A stretch of DNA of 64,000 nucleotides from Okamejei kenojei (Eukaryota), in NCBI GenBank assembly GCA_035221665.1, contig CM069148.1, positions 21,452,001-21,516,000 on the forward strand, given 5' to 3'. The notes beneath the pieces are model-generated. The model made no database searches. It was not told the DNA's origin and worked only from the letters and a program-made list of their open reading frames with translations. The position numbers and the translations under genes were made by a program. Positions 41,550-54,053 of this stretch are shown piece after piece; positions within the stretch are counted from its first letter, which is position 1, and each line of letters starts with the position of its first letter.

Positions 41550-44500
41550 CTATGAGTCTGGATTCAAATGTAGGAGGGGTGTCAAATGGGATAGTCAAGG
41601 ACGGAGTTAAAGGGAAAGAGAGTAAAGGGATAGTTAATGACCCCATAATTAATGGGAAAGAAAGTTCACAAAGGAATAGGAGAGTATGGCCAAATTTAAT
41701 AGGGATCGTTGTGAAAGGTGAAATGCATAAGGAATTAAAAGTATTGTATTTGAATGCGCAAAGTATAAGAAGTAAGGTGGATGAGCTTGAGGCTCAATTA
41801 GAGGTTGGTAGATATGACATTGTGGGGATTACTGAGACGTGGCTGCAGGAGGATCAGGCCTGGGAACTAATTCAGGGTTAAAAAATCCTATAGAAAGGAC
41901 AGCCAGGTGGGCAGAGGAGGGGGAGCTCTGCGGGTGAGGGATGAAATTCAGTCCCTTGCGAGGGAAGACATAGGGACTGATGAGGCAGAGTCACTGTGGA
42001 TTGAGTTGAGGAATTGTAAAGGCAAGAAGACACTTATTTGTGTTATATACAGCCCCCAAATAGTAGCCCGGATGTCGGGTGTAAGTAGCAGCAGGAGTTA
42101 AAACTGGCATGTAACAAAGGTAATGCCACTATGGTGATGGGGGATTTCAATACACAGGTAGACTGGGAAAATCAGGTTGTTTCATGACCCCAAGAAAGAG
42201 AATTTGTAGAGTGCCTCCGAGATGGATTTTTAGAGCAGCTTTTAATGGAGCCGACCAGAGAAAAAGTAATTCTGGATTTAACGTTGTCCAATGACCCAGA
42301 TATGATAAGAGGACTCGAGGTAAAGGAACCACTTGGAGGTAGTGATCAAAATATGATTAGTTTTAATCTGCAATTTGAGAAGGAGAAGGTTAAATCTGAA
42401 ATGTTAGTAATCCATTTGAACAAAGGGGACTATGAAGGCATGAAAGAGGAGATGGCCAACGTAGACTGGAAAGGGATCCTAGCAGGAATGACAGTGGAAC
42501 AGCAATGGCAGGAATTTCTGGGCATAATCCGGAAGACGCAGGATCCTTTCATTCCAAAAAGGAAGAAAGATTCTAAGGGGAGTAGGAGGCAATCATGGCT
42601 GACAAGAGAAGTTAGGGATAGAATAAAACTAAAAGAAAAGATGTATAACACAGCAAAGAGTAGCCGGAAGCCAGAAGGATTGGGGAAACTTTCATAGGAC
42701 AACAGAAGGAAACAAAACGGGCAATGCGGGCTGAAAAGATGAAGTACAAAGGGAAGCTGGCCAAGAATATAAAGAAGGACAGTAAAAGCTTCTTTAGATA
42801 TGTTAAGGGAAAAAGTGTAGCAAAGTCAAATGTGGATCCCTTGAAGGCAGACATGGGTGAAATTATTATGGGCAACAAGGAAATGGCAGAAGAGTTGAAC
42901 AGGTACTTCGGATCTGTCTTCACTAAGGAAGACACAAACAATCTCCCAGATGTACTGGAGGACAGAGGATCTAAGGCGGTATAGGAACTGAAATAAATTT
43001 TCATTAGGAGAGAAATAGCATTGGGTAGGCTAATGGGATTGAAGAATGATAAATCCCCTGGACCTGATGGTCTGCATCCCAGGGTCCCCAGGGAGGTGGC
43101 TCTAGAAATAGTGGTGATTATTTTTCAATGTTCGATCGATTCAGGATCAGGTCCTGTGGATTGGATGATAGCTAACATTATCCCACTTTTCAAGAAAGGA
43201 GCAAGAGATAAAACGGGGAATTACAGACCAGTTAGCCTGACTTCGGTGGTGGGAAAGATGCTGGAGTCAATTATTAAAGAGGTAATAATGGGGCATTTGG
43301 ATAGCAGTAAAAGGTTTAGTCCAAGTCAACATGGATTTATAGAAACATAGAAACATAGAAATTAGGTGCAGGAGCAGGCCATTCGGCCCTTCGAGCCTGC
43401 ATCACCATTCAATATGATCATGGCTGATCATCCAATTCAGTATCCTGTACCTGCCTTCTCTCCATACCCCCTGATCCCTTCAGCCACAAGGGCCACATCC
43501 AACTCCCTCTTAAATATGGCCAACGAACTGGCCTCAACTACCTTCTGTGGCAGAGAATTCCACAGATTCACCACTCTCTGTGTGAAAAACGATTTTCTCA
43601 TCTCGGTCCTAAAGACTTCCCCCTTATCCTTAAACTGTGACCCCTTGTCCTGGACTTCCCCAACATCGGGAACAATCTTCCTGCATCTAGCCTGTCTAAC
43701 CCCTTTAAGAATTTTGTAAGTCTCTAGGATCACCCCTCAATCTTCTAAATTCCAGCGAGTACAAGCCAAGTCTATTCAGTCTTTCTTCATATGGAAGTCG
43801 TGCCATCCCAGGAATCAGTCTGGTGAACCTTCTCTGTACTCCCTCCATGGCAAGAATGTCTTTCCTCAGATTAGGAGACCAAAACTGTATGCAATACTCC
43901 AGGTGTGGCCTCACCAAGACCCTGTACAACTGCAGTAGAACCTCCCTGCTCTTGTATTCAAATCCTTTTCCTATGAATGCCAACATACCATTCACTTTCT
44001 TCACAATACCATTTGCTTTCGTCACAGTTTCTTATGAAATGGAAATCGTGCTTGACTAATCTTCCAGAATTTTTTGAGGATGTGACAAGTAAAATGGATG
44101 AAGGGGTGCCAGTGGATGTAGTGTATCTAGACTTTCAGAAAGCCTCTGATAAGGTCCCGCACAGGAGACTGGTGACTAAAATTAGAGCACATAGTATAGG
44201 GGGTAGGGTGTTGACATGGATAGAAAATTGGTTGGCAGGACAGGAAGCAAAGAGTAGGAGTGAACGGGTCCTTTCAGAATGGCAGGGGGGGGGGGGGGGA
44301 CAGTGGCGAGTGGAGTGCCGCAAGCTCGGTGTTGGGGCCGCAACTGTTTACCATATATATTAATGATTTGGAAGAGGGAATTAGGAGCAACACTAGCAAG
44401 TTTGCGGATTACACAAAGTTGGGAGGCAGTGTAAAATGTGAAGAGGATGTTAGGAGGTTGCAGGGTGACCTGGACAGGTTGAGTGAGTGGACAGATGCAT

Positions 44501-45195
44501 GGCAGATGCAATATAATATAGATAAATGTGAGTTTATCCACTTTGGCGGCAAAAATTATTATCTCAATGGGGTTAGGTTAGGCAAGGGGGAGGTGCAGCG
44601 AGACCTGGGTGTTCTTGTACACCAGTCACTGGAAGTTGGCGTGCAGGTACAGCAGGCAGTGAAGAAAGCTAATGGAATGTTGGCTTTCATAACAAGAGGA
44701 TTTCAGTATAAAGTAAAGAGGTTCTTCTGCAGTTGTATAGGGCTCTGGTGAGACCACATCTGGAGTATTGTGTCCAGTTTTGGTCTGCGAATTTGAGGAA
44801 GGACATCCTTGTGATTGAGGCAGTGTAGTGTAGGTTCACGAGATTGATCCCTGGGATGGCGGGACTGTCATATGAGGAATGATTGAAAATACTAGGCTTG
44901 TATTCACTGGAGTTTAGAAGGATGAGGGGCTATCTTATAGAAACATATAAAATTATAAAAGGACTGGACAAGCTAGATGCAGGAAAAATGTTCTCGATGT
45001 TGGGCAACTCCAGAACCAGGGGCCACAGTCTTAGAATAAAGGAGAAGCCATTTAAGAGGGGCTAGTGGAATCAAGGGAATTGGATTGGAGACAGGCACGG
45101 GTTATTGATTGGGGGTATTCAGCCATGATCACAATGAATGGCGGTGCTGGCTCGAAGGGCCGAATGGCCTGCAATTATTTTTTATGTTTCTATGT
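41550..45195 (+). mobile_element. Frameshifted CR1 LINE (endonuclease plus RT)
   Basis: LKVLYLNAQSI, ITETWL, NYRPVSLT and FADY motifs, with a TTTCTATG tail. Confidence 0.9.
43340..44030 (-). mobile_element. CR1 3' end nested antisense inside the CR1 above
   Basis: Tail (CATAGAAA)n at about 43340. The host frame QHGF|MKWKSCL resumes at about 44033. It closely resembles 3930-4582. Confidence 0.88.
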
Positions 45196-46319
45196 AGACC
45201 AGTTATGAGTGAAACATATGAGTTTTTACAACTTTCTAATCTAATAGTTTTAAGGCTTTCACTATTGAGGTCAATCTTTTTTTAATGCAGTTCTCTGAAT
45301 TGCAGGAACAGTAATTTAACCACCATACTCCCAATCCTAACTGTAGAATTTTGACTCAAAGGAACAAAGAGGGAGAACATACATTCTTCATGTTCCTCCC
45401 ACTTGTAGTCAGTGTCAAACAATCTAACCTGTGATGTTCAAAATGAATGCTCGAAGACACACAAAAAACATTAGTGCAAACGCTGAGCTTTTGTGCCCAT
45501 TGGCATGGGAGGAGCGTTCTTACGGGATTTACGGAAAAATCACTGCCCTACTGGAAGCTTCTCATGTCTTTTGCACCCGCTGCCGTAAGGTTGTCTCCTT
45601 TCCCAAACTCTGGTGTTGGGTCGAACCAATTTCTTGTCGTCAGAGCCAGAAAGCAGCAAGAAGGTGGTTGAACGGCAATTATCTCTCATCGATGTCAGCT
45701 AAATGAGGCTCTATGCAGGACATGAGATGTAAGCCCTCAGCCAGTTCCAGTAGTCTGATGTAAAGACCTCCCACTGGTTTTAAAAATCAAATGTCTACAT
45801 CACAAAACATAATTTGAATTTCAGTAATGAAATAATGGTGAGTATTACAAATAATAAATTACACATAACCAACTTTCTGAAAACTTGAAATCTTTATTTC
45901 TTGTTAAAAAGCAGAAACAAATTTAAGAAATGCATTTTCAATACACAGCGTCCTCACAATGTATTCTATGGCATACGATTGTTTAACCACAACATCCTCC
46001 CCTACTGCAAGATTCAACAGGATTATAATCAAGTGCTTTTGGCTTTATCTCTATTTCTCTCTCCATATATTCTGCTTAAAGAGCTGATTACTTCCAGAAT
46101 TTTCTGTATTTTATTAGCTGCTTAACAACTTGATATGACCTTTAAATAAATAGGTGTTGTGATTAAACATAAACCTAATAGAGAATATTGCCTTTAATCA
46201 TTCTCATTGAAACCATTGAATTTGTTTAACTTCAAAATTTGCTTTGTACAAAGTCAACTGTGTAAAACTGCGGATTGCAATGTAATTGCATCCAAATCCT
46301 GTGACTGTTATGAGCTTGT

Positions 46320-46540
46320 GTAGGAAGGAACTGCAGATGCTGGTTTAAACCGAAGATAGACGCAAAATGTTGGAATAACACAGCGGGACAGGTACCATCT
46401 CTGGAGAGAAGGAACGGGTGACTCTTTAGGTTTAGACCCTTCTTCAGTCTGAAGAAGGGTCTTGACCCAAAACATCATCCATTCCTTCTCTCCAGAGATG
46501 TCGCCTGTCCTGCTGAGTTACTCCAGCATTTTGTGTCTAC
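46320..46540. repeat. Head-to-head inverted Penelope-derived repeat (palindrome)
   Basis: Arms meet at ...cttcttcag/t/ctgaagaag... near 46447-46449. Confidence 0.8.
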
Positions 46541-48340
46541 CTACTGTTGTGAGTTCTGTAATATCAGAAATTAGCACTTCAACAAAATTCATTTAAATTC
46601 TACATATGTCTGAATAAAAAATATTATCAATACATGATTATCCATCACTTTAACAAAATAACATATTAAATTTAGCTTAAAATTACAAACTATCAGAAAA
46701 CCCCCCAAGTATTCTGCCCATCACCAAATTACCATATTTCAGTTAAGGACAATTTAAATCCTGGGGCGGTGCTCCTCATGGCAATCAAGGAAACTTGGTT
46801 CTTCCTCAAACATTTTTTTCTGTCCTTCAATAGCCAGAGCAATAACAATACTTGTAATGGTATTAGTCCATCTTTTTGTTGCCAATATAGTACAGATGAT
46901 AAACAAACACCACACATACAGATTGAAATAGTTGCATTTAGCCAGCTCCTGTTTTTACTTTGTAGCACCAGATTAAAAAAATGAGTGCACTGGTGTCTAC
47001 TCTTTGGGATCTTATATTTCATTTCTGACAGAACTAAGAAAAATGAACTGGCATTGAAAAAATAAATCTCCACCATGTAAATTGTGCATTTGTGGCTCCA
47101 TTTATCGGCATTCTGAATCAAAATCAAATCCGTGTAGCCTAATCTCATTTTGGTGACACTGTGATTTTCTTTCGTATTTTGATTTGGGAAATAAATTACA
47201 CCTGGCCAATTTGTTTTAAAGCTTTCTAAATCACCCATGAAACCAGTGGTATATGTTGCCAGCAATTTATTTTGTCTGTAGAAAACCATGAATGTAAGTA
47301 CAGCTCAGCTATCAATGGCCAAAAATCATGTGGTGACAGGTACTGATTATATCCTTTAAAAATAAAACAGTGCATGTGTGTATTGGCAAAAGCAATGCCA
47401 CAATGCAACAGCTACATAAAATATGAAATGACAAAATTCAAATGTCTATGTCTATAATAAATGTCAGTGACTCTCCTATGAGGTTACTCAAAAATTAAAG
47501 CAATATTTCCACGTAGCATTAGAAATTGACCACAAAATTACTGTATATAAAAGAACTAAGGAATACAAACTTTTTGCTGCCTATTTTGGACTCAGACTCA
47601 ATGCCATGGAAACAGCATATGTCCATGCAAGAGACCTGTGTGTTGGTAGAAGACATTCCTCACAGCTGAGCTGGAATCATTATGATGTCCTTATCAGTAC
47701 TCGCTCGAGCTTTCATAGGCACCTCTCCCAATAGGAGGCATCAATTTAAGCCAATGCCTTGGCTGCAGGAATCACAAGCTGCATTTCATCTTACATTTTA
47801 ATTGTTTATAAAAAACAATCGTAAAGTTTAAAATTAAGCAAATACATTTTTTCTGAGAAATCAAGAAATTAGATAAAAATTCAGAAAAGCAAAATATCAC
47901 AATCGACTGGCACTGCAGATCTTCGTCACTTTCTTCCCATCAATAACCATGCCATTGTTTATTTTGAAAGGTTTTCATTTGGCATTGCGAAAATTAAAAG
48001 TACTCCTTCATTTGAAGTCCTCATCTTGCCCAGTTTTCTTTCATATCAGAACAGAGAATCTAACCAATGTTCCTGCTTTATGTGATTGCCTAACAAGATC
48101 CAAACAATACTGAAATGCTCACTAATTTGTGATTACTTTCCACTTTGGCTGCAGTTGAGACATGCAGTTATCAACTGGCCTTGTCCATCATACAGTGACC
48201 ATATTATTTTAATAACACTACTGGGATTTCTTGATCACCACCATCTCTGCTCCCCAGGCTTGGCCACGGTAAACCTCCAGACTCTTCAGCCTCCTGTGGT
48301 TAAAATTATTTAGAACCGATTTCAGCTCCAAGAACTCAAT

Positions 48341-51300
48341 TTAAAACTTATTGGAATCATTTTCATTTATTGAATTATCTTTGCTGATTACTTCATTGTG
48401 CACTTCCATGAACCTCTGTAAATATTTTGAAGTATACAACCAGTGGTGCTTCAGAATATCTTCCAGCTCATAGCTCTTGGACTGTCTTGCATTCATTTTC
48501 CTGAAACGGCGAAAGAGTTTGTTGCCCGATTCATTGCCTTCACTTGCCCATGCACCTATTGAGCCATCTCTTTCAATGATCTCAGGGACATGAGCCAAAG
48601 TCTTATGAAGGTAGTTGGTGATCTTCCCATCATATCTGTACTTGAACTTTGTATGAAGCAGTTCTGCAAATCTCTGGGAATTAAAGCTGTACTGACAAAC
48701 AAGATCTGGACATTCTTTGAGTGGGAATGTGGATCGCCACACGGGTTTCATGAGAAGGTAAAGATGCATCAGTTCCCTGAGAATCTCTCGTCTTTCTTCA
48801 GAAGGTATCAATTCACACACTGCTTCCACAGTCTCTTCAGTCATTAGTTTCCTTGCAAAATTTCCATTCAGCCTCATGATAGGTTTCAGGTTTATTTTTT
48901 CCCTGAAATGTTTATCAAGCATTGCCTGCCACCTTTTCCTTTCCTCCTTAGATGGACTAAGATTTTTGTGCAACTCCCCAATCTCATCCTGGAATATCTT
49001 GTAGAATTCTGTTGCATTGCCAATGTCACAGTGCAGAGCATCTATGGAGGGCTGTGTTTCAATAAATGCTTTTGCTGCAACCCCCTTCACCCTGTCACGT
49101 AACTCTTCAGCTGTCTCCTGATATGGATTTGTGCGCCAAACTTCATAGCGCTTTAAGTTCTCTTCATGGCTTCTTGTTATGGAATGAAGGGTCAGATTTT
49201 GTGAAGCGTTGCTTCGAGTGGTATCACAGAGCGTACACACATACATCGAGCCTGATGCTTCAAGACCTTCCAACTCACGGACCAGCTTTTCATCATAACC
49301 CGTGCCTCGAAAGATAAACTTAAAGGATCTGGGCAAATCTCCAATTTCAAGGATTAAGTCACTGCTTTTCATTGCTTCTCTTTCGGCGACTAGGGGACCC
49401 AAGATTGCCGTCATGGTTTCGTGGTCAGATTCATCGGCCAGCATCAGGCAAAGTGGCTTGCAGCACAACTCAGAATTTGGCTTTAGCTCTTCAAAGACGT
49501 TCACTTTCTCACCATTTTCATTCTCCACGCTTATAGTCATGATTGTGAAGGAATACCTCACTGCCTTCTCTGGAACTGGAGGACCACATCCATGTTTTTC
49601 ACTAACATCGCCCATTCCATCGCAAGATTCTTTGATTACTACTGTAAATGGTCCACCAAAATACTCATCAATATTTTGGCATTTTAAACCTTCCAAAATA
49701 TTATCCTCAATATCTTTCAGTGTTGATACAATTGCCACATCATACCTAAATCGTCTTGATATTGTTTCCATTGGATATTCGTCAACACAGTGTGACCAAC
49801 CACAAGTACCATCTATTATCCCTACTTTAGTGTTGGTAGAGACTTGTGGTAGAGGAGGTTCCCATTCAAATGAATAATAACCCGGCAACAAGGTTTTCTC
49901 TGCACTTCGGAGTGCATGCAGCGGTTGGAAGATTTGCTTCCCGGTTGTTGCTTTGACAGTTTTATACATTTTATGATACTGACTGCAACTTAGAAAGGTA
50001 CTAACCCTAATGGCAAGACAGACTGATGGCTTCAGCCCTGATCCATGTCCTTGCATCAGAGCCTCCAGTTCATCTGCTTGCCTGTGCTCGTTACCAGCTC
50101 TCAATGCCAGCAAGAACAGAGTAAGGCACACTGACTTCACATCACCATTTTCCTCCTTGTCCGCAAATGCCTTCACCTGAAGTTTGAGATATCGCAGCCG
50201 ATGTTTTTGGGCCCGGCGAGTTAGGGAGAGTAAGTGTTGCCTCGGCCGTCCACCCTTGTTTGTTGGTGAGTAGGCGTGCAGCATTCTTTTTTCTTTGTGA
50301 TTCTTGGCATGGTTGGGATATTCGCCAAGTCTCACCTCCTCTCCGCAATCTGCCACTGGACATTTTAAAGCCAATGAATTGAGAACACTTACAAATGATT
50401 TTACTGGGCTTCTACACTCTGTGGGATCACAAGGAAACCTGCAAACAGGACAATATTTTCCTAGCACTGCAGTGCATTTGAGAATACATGTTCTGCAGAA
50501 AAGATGCTTGCATGGTGATTGCACTGGGTCAGCCAGTAAATGCTCACAGACCTGGCATGACACTGACTGAATAAAGTTATTGGGATAATCGAGCATAAGG
50601 AGTTTTGAATTTAGGTGGATCTTCTTGCAGTTAACAATCTTTTTGGCCAATAGAATACTTGTTGAATTTCTTTGATCTTTTCTTTTAGTAATTCTTGATA
50701 TGTCGACTGCCGTTTTGGGCTTCTTTGCGGCTGGTGGACTTCGTTTGAGAACTTTCCGTTTGCGAGTCCCATTTTGAAAGTTGCAAACATTGCAAAAGTT
50801 GGAGTGTGGCTTCCACTGAACAATTGTGCTGATGGGAAAAAATGCATCTTCGTTAGTTGTGTTGTTGATTGTCTGAATAATAATCCGCCAGCAATTGTAG
50901 CAAAATTGGGGGGGATGTCTGGCCTCTGAGTCCATCTGCACATCGATATTAAATGTGTTGTGGATGAGCTCTGGCCAAAAACTATTTCCATATCCCATTT
51001 TCCTAAGAACCTCTTGTGTGACATCATCAACAGGGCCATTGACTGGGTATTTCATGTCATAGCTGTTGGTATTAAAGGAAACTCCACAAATGCGGCAGAG
51101 ATTTTGTAATCTTAACACATGATCTTCCAAAGATTTTGTTTCCATTTGCCTTTCATAGAACTTGGCCTTTGGCGGGATGACCTCTAAAGGCATGTGTTTC
51201 AGAGACTTATCTTCCAAAGTCTTCTTGTCCAAGGGGAATGTCTCCAAACATGTAGTTCCCGGTGGCTTGATTTGAGGAGGTGACATTTGCCACATTAGAC

Positions 51301-51439
51301 CATGAACTGGCTGAACAGTTTGTGGCTCAAAAGCCTTTGCCGCTGAAATCTTGGCTTTCTTTTGGATGTTCATTGTTGGCCTGGTTTCTGAATACCTGAA
51401 ATATTCAGGTATTATTTGCATCGGCATCTCCATTTCCAT
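48341..51439 (-). CDS. RAG1: Recombination activating gene 1, 1032 aa, single coding exon
   Basis: LCRICG/FCYNCW (CND), RING CQVC...CKHLFCRTC...CPVC, nonamer-binding GGRPR, catalytic ESCDG, GTGYDE and EGNESGN. The acceptor tctctattag|51452 is 13 nt before the ATG. Confidence 0.99.
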   Translation of the reverse strand: MEMEMPMQIIPEYFRYSETRPTMNIQKKAKISAAKAFEPQTVQPVHGLMWQMSPPQIKPPGTTCLETFPLDKKTLEDKSLKHMPLEVIPPKAKFYERQMETKSLEDHVLRLQNLCRICGVSFNTNSYDMKYPVNGPVDDVTQEVLRKMGYGNSFWPELIHNTFNIDVQMDSEARHPPQFCYNCWRIIIQTINNTTNEDAFFPISTIVQWKPHSNFCNVCNFQNGTRKRKVLKRSPPAAKKPKTAVDISRITKRKDQRNSTSILLAKKIVNCKKIHLNSKLLMLDYPNNFIQSVSCQVCEHLLADPVQSPCKHLFCRTCILKCTAVLGKYCPVCRFPCDPTECRSPVKSFVSVLNSLALKCPVADCGEEVRLGEYPNHAKNHKEKRMLHAYSPTNKGGRPRQHLLSLTRRAQKHRLRYLKLQVKAFADKEENGDVKSVCLTLFLLALRAGNEHRQADELEALMQGHGSGLKPSVCLAIRVSTFLSCSQYHKMYKTVKATTGKQIFQPLHALRSAEKTLLPGYYSFEWEPPLPQVSTNTKVGIIDGTCGWSHCVDEYPMETISRRFRYDVAIVSTLKDIEDNILEGLKCQNIDEYFGGPFTVVIKESCDGMGDVSEKHGCGPPVPEKAVRYSFTIMTISVENENGEKVNVFEELKPNSELCCKPLCLMLADESDHETMTAILGPLVAEREAMKSSDLILEIGDLPRSFKFIFRGTGYDEKLVRELEGLEASGSMYVCTLCDTTRSNASQNLTLHSITRSHEENLKRYEVWRTNPYQETAEELRDRVKGVAAKAFIETQPSIDALHCDIGNATEFYKIFQDEIGELHKNLSPSKEERKRWQAMLDKHFREKINLKPIMRLNGNFARKLMTEETVEAVCELIPSEERREILRELMHLYLLMKPVWRSTFPLKECPDLVCQYSFNSQRFAELLHTKFKYRYDGKITNYLHKTLAHVPEIIERDGSIGAWASEGNESGNKLFRRFRKMNARQSKSYELEDILKHHWLYTSKYLQRFMEVHNEVISKDNSINENDSNKF

Positions 51440-51799
51440 CAGAAAGTGATATCTAATAGAGACATAAGTGTGATTTTGATTAAAATAGGATCACTATTCA
51501 CGCCTTTTATTTAAGTTAATCTCTTTTGCACTTAATTTTAATTTATAAAACTTACATTCTCACTGCAAAGCAAACATTGTGCTTTTAATTCCATGAGGCA
51601 TAAAATTAATCAAGTCTATTCATGAGAAAGTTAAAAGTAACTTAATCTACTTGGCATTCTGCCAGAATGTGAAACAGCCTCTTCCACATAGTCTCCCAAC
51701 AGCGGATTAATGTAAAGTTGCCTCTGATGTCTTTTGATGACCATGAAAGAACACAAAATGTTATGCATGTGTTCAAAAATAAGAGAAGGATGAACCTAG

Positions 51800-52890
51800 C
51801 CATTTGTCTTAACCTCAGTGATGGGAGAGATTAGCATGGGATGTGAGATGTGAGATGGGGGGTGGGATTCAATGCAGGACTGAGGCTGGTGAGAGGCTGG
51901 TAGTCAGTATGGAAGGTGATGAAGAAAGTTCAGTGGACAGAATAGACAGGTGCATGATTAGGAGCGAGGATGGACTGTTGGATTGAATTGCATATATTTT
52001 AATGTGAGAGGCCTGACAGGTAAGGAGGATGAACTCAGGGCGTGGATAGGTACGTTTGACTGGGACAGTGGAGGAATTATGGAAACCTACCTAAGGGAAG
52101 GACCGCGCCGGAAGCTTAATTTTCCAGGGCGCAGGTGATAAAGGAGAGATAGAGGTGGGGATAAAAGAGCAGGGGGTGTTGCTTTATTGTCTCGTTTAGA
52201 TTAGTTTAGAGATACAACACGGAAAAAGGCCCTTCGACCCACCGAGTCCACGCCGACCAGCAATCCCTACACATTAACACTATCCTACACACATTTCCAA
52301 TTTTACCTAAGCCAATTAGCCCACAAACCTCTAGATCTTTGGAGTGCGGGAGAAAACCCGGAGCTTCCTGGGAAAACTGACATCGTTGATGGATCGTCCA
52401 GTGAGGCTATATGGGTGCAGCTTTGAACTGAAAAGGGATGATCACCCTGTTGGGAGTGTACTATAGTCCCCCAAATAGTCATGGGAATTAGAAGAACAAA
52501 TATGCCGGGAGATTGCAGGCAACTGCAAGACTAATAAGGTTGTCTTAGTAGGGGATTTTACTTTTTCCAATGTTGGCTGAGGCTGTCATGGTGCCAAGAG
52601 TTTATACAGATTGGAATTTGTCGATGTGTTCAAAAACATTTCTTCAGACAATATGTAGAGGATCCTTCACGGGAGAGGGCAAAGTTTGATTTACTTTGAA
52701 GAACAAGTGACTGAAGAATCCGTAGGATCAGCGACCACTGTTCTATTAGCTTTAAAATTGTTATGGATAAAGACAGGGCAGAACAACAAGTTAAAATTCT
52801 GAATTGGGGCACAGCCAACTTTGATGGTATTGGACAGGAACTTGCTAAATTTGATTGAAGTAATTCGTGGGCAAAGGAACGTTTGGTAAG
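51800..52890 (+). mobile_element. Old CR1 endonuclease-region fragment containing a - strand V-SINE piece (about 52195-52375)
   Basis: Decayed NVRGL..., YYSPPNS and VGDFT motifs; SINE tail gtttagattagtttag. Confidence 0.6.
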
Positions 52891-53162
52891 TGGTGTACTT
52901 CCATCCACATCCCTCCCTCTGGCTCTACATTTCACTCCTTTTTCATCTAACAACATTTGTCTCCTTTTCACTTCTACCCTTTGTTACTTACCCCTCCCAT
53001 CTGCCAACCAACCACCCCCACTTCACCTGTATCCACCTTTAACTTGTGAGGCTTTGTGTGGCCATACCCACCGCTTTTCCAGCTTTCTTCTCCCCTATTC
53101 CAATCCATCTGCAGAAGAGTCCCGATCGGAAACATCGTCTGTCCATTCCCTTTAATATGCTG

Positions 53163-54053
53163 TTAAAGAAGGAACTGCAGATGCTGGAGAATCGAGGGTA
53201 CACAAAAAGCTGGAGAAACTCAGCGGGTGCAGCAGCATCTAAGGAGCGAAGGAGATAGGCGACGTTTCGGGTCGAGACCCTTCTTCAGACTGGTCAGGGA
53301 TCAGGGAAACGAGAGATATAGACGGTGATGTGGAGAGATAAGGAACAATGAATGAAAGATATGCAAAAAAGTATCGATGATAAAGGGAACAAGCCATTGT
53401 AAGCTGTTTGTGGTGTGAAAATGAGAAGCTGGTGCGACTCGGGTGGGGGAGGGAGATAGAGATAGAGGGAATGCCAGGGCCCGAGGGCTGAGGGAGAGGT
53501 GGGAAGGGGAGGAGACAGCAAGGGTTAACAGAATTGAGAAAATTCAATGTTCAAGCCCAAAGGATGCAGACTCCCCAAGAAAATTCAATGTTCAAGCCCA
53601 AAGGATGCACACTCCCCAAGCTGCATCCGCTGCTCCAGATGCCAGATGATCTATATCGGTGAGACCAAGCGGAGGCTTGGCGATCGCTTCGCCGAACACC
53701 TCCGCTCGGTCCGCAATAACCAACCCAACCTCCCGGTGGCTCAGCACTTCAACTCCCCCTCCCATTCCACATCCGACCTCTCGGTTCTGGGCCTCCTCCA
53801 CGGCCAGAGTGAGCAACACCGCAAGCTGGAGGAACAGCACCTCATATTCCGCTTGGGGAGTCTGCATCATTTGGGCTGAACAATTGAATTTTCTCAATTC
53901 TGTTAATCCTTATCTCTCGCACATCACCGTCTATATCTCTCGTTTCCCTGATCCCTGACCAGTCTGAAGAAGGGTCTCGACCCGAAACGTCGCCTATCTC
54001 CTTCGCTCCTTAGATGCTGCTGCACCCGCTGAGTTTCTCCAGCTTTTTGTGTA
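53163..54053. mobile_element. Young Penelope-like insertion with inverted pLTRs, a GIY-YIG fragment and a 15-bp TSD
   Basis: ORF 53547..53879 reads CIRCSRC.MIYIGETKRRLGDRFAEH. The near-identical pLTR arms are inverted. CCCTTTAATATGCTG occurs at 53148-53162 and 54054-54068. Confidence 0.85.
53964..53991 (+). ncRNA. Minimal hammerhead ribozyme motif (mirror copy on - strand, 53288..53261)
   Basis: CTGAAGA-A-GGGT(CTCG)ACCC-GAA-ACGT-C contains the full catalytic core, stem II, a palindromic loopless stem III and a GUC cleavage triplet. Stem I is weak. Confidence 0.6.

Noticed and set aside
46729-47289. 186-aa - strand ORF downstream of RAG1
   Set aside because: AT-rich, no recognisable domain, GT-AG context unsupported. 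It is most likely a chance ORF in the 3' UTR.
49302-49877. 191-aa + strand ORF and other antisense ORFs within RAG1 and the LINEs
   Set aside because: These are shadow frames of real coding sequence.
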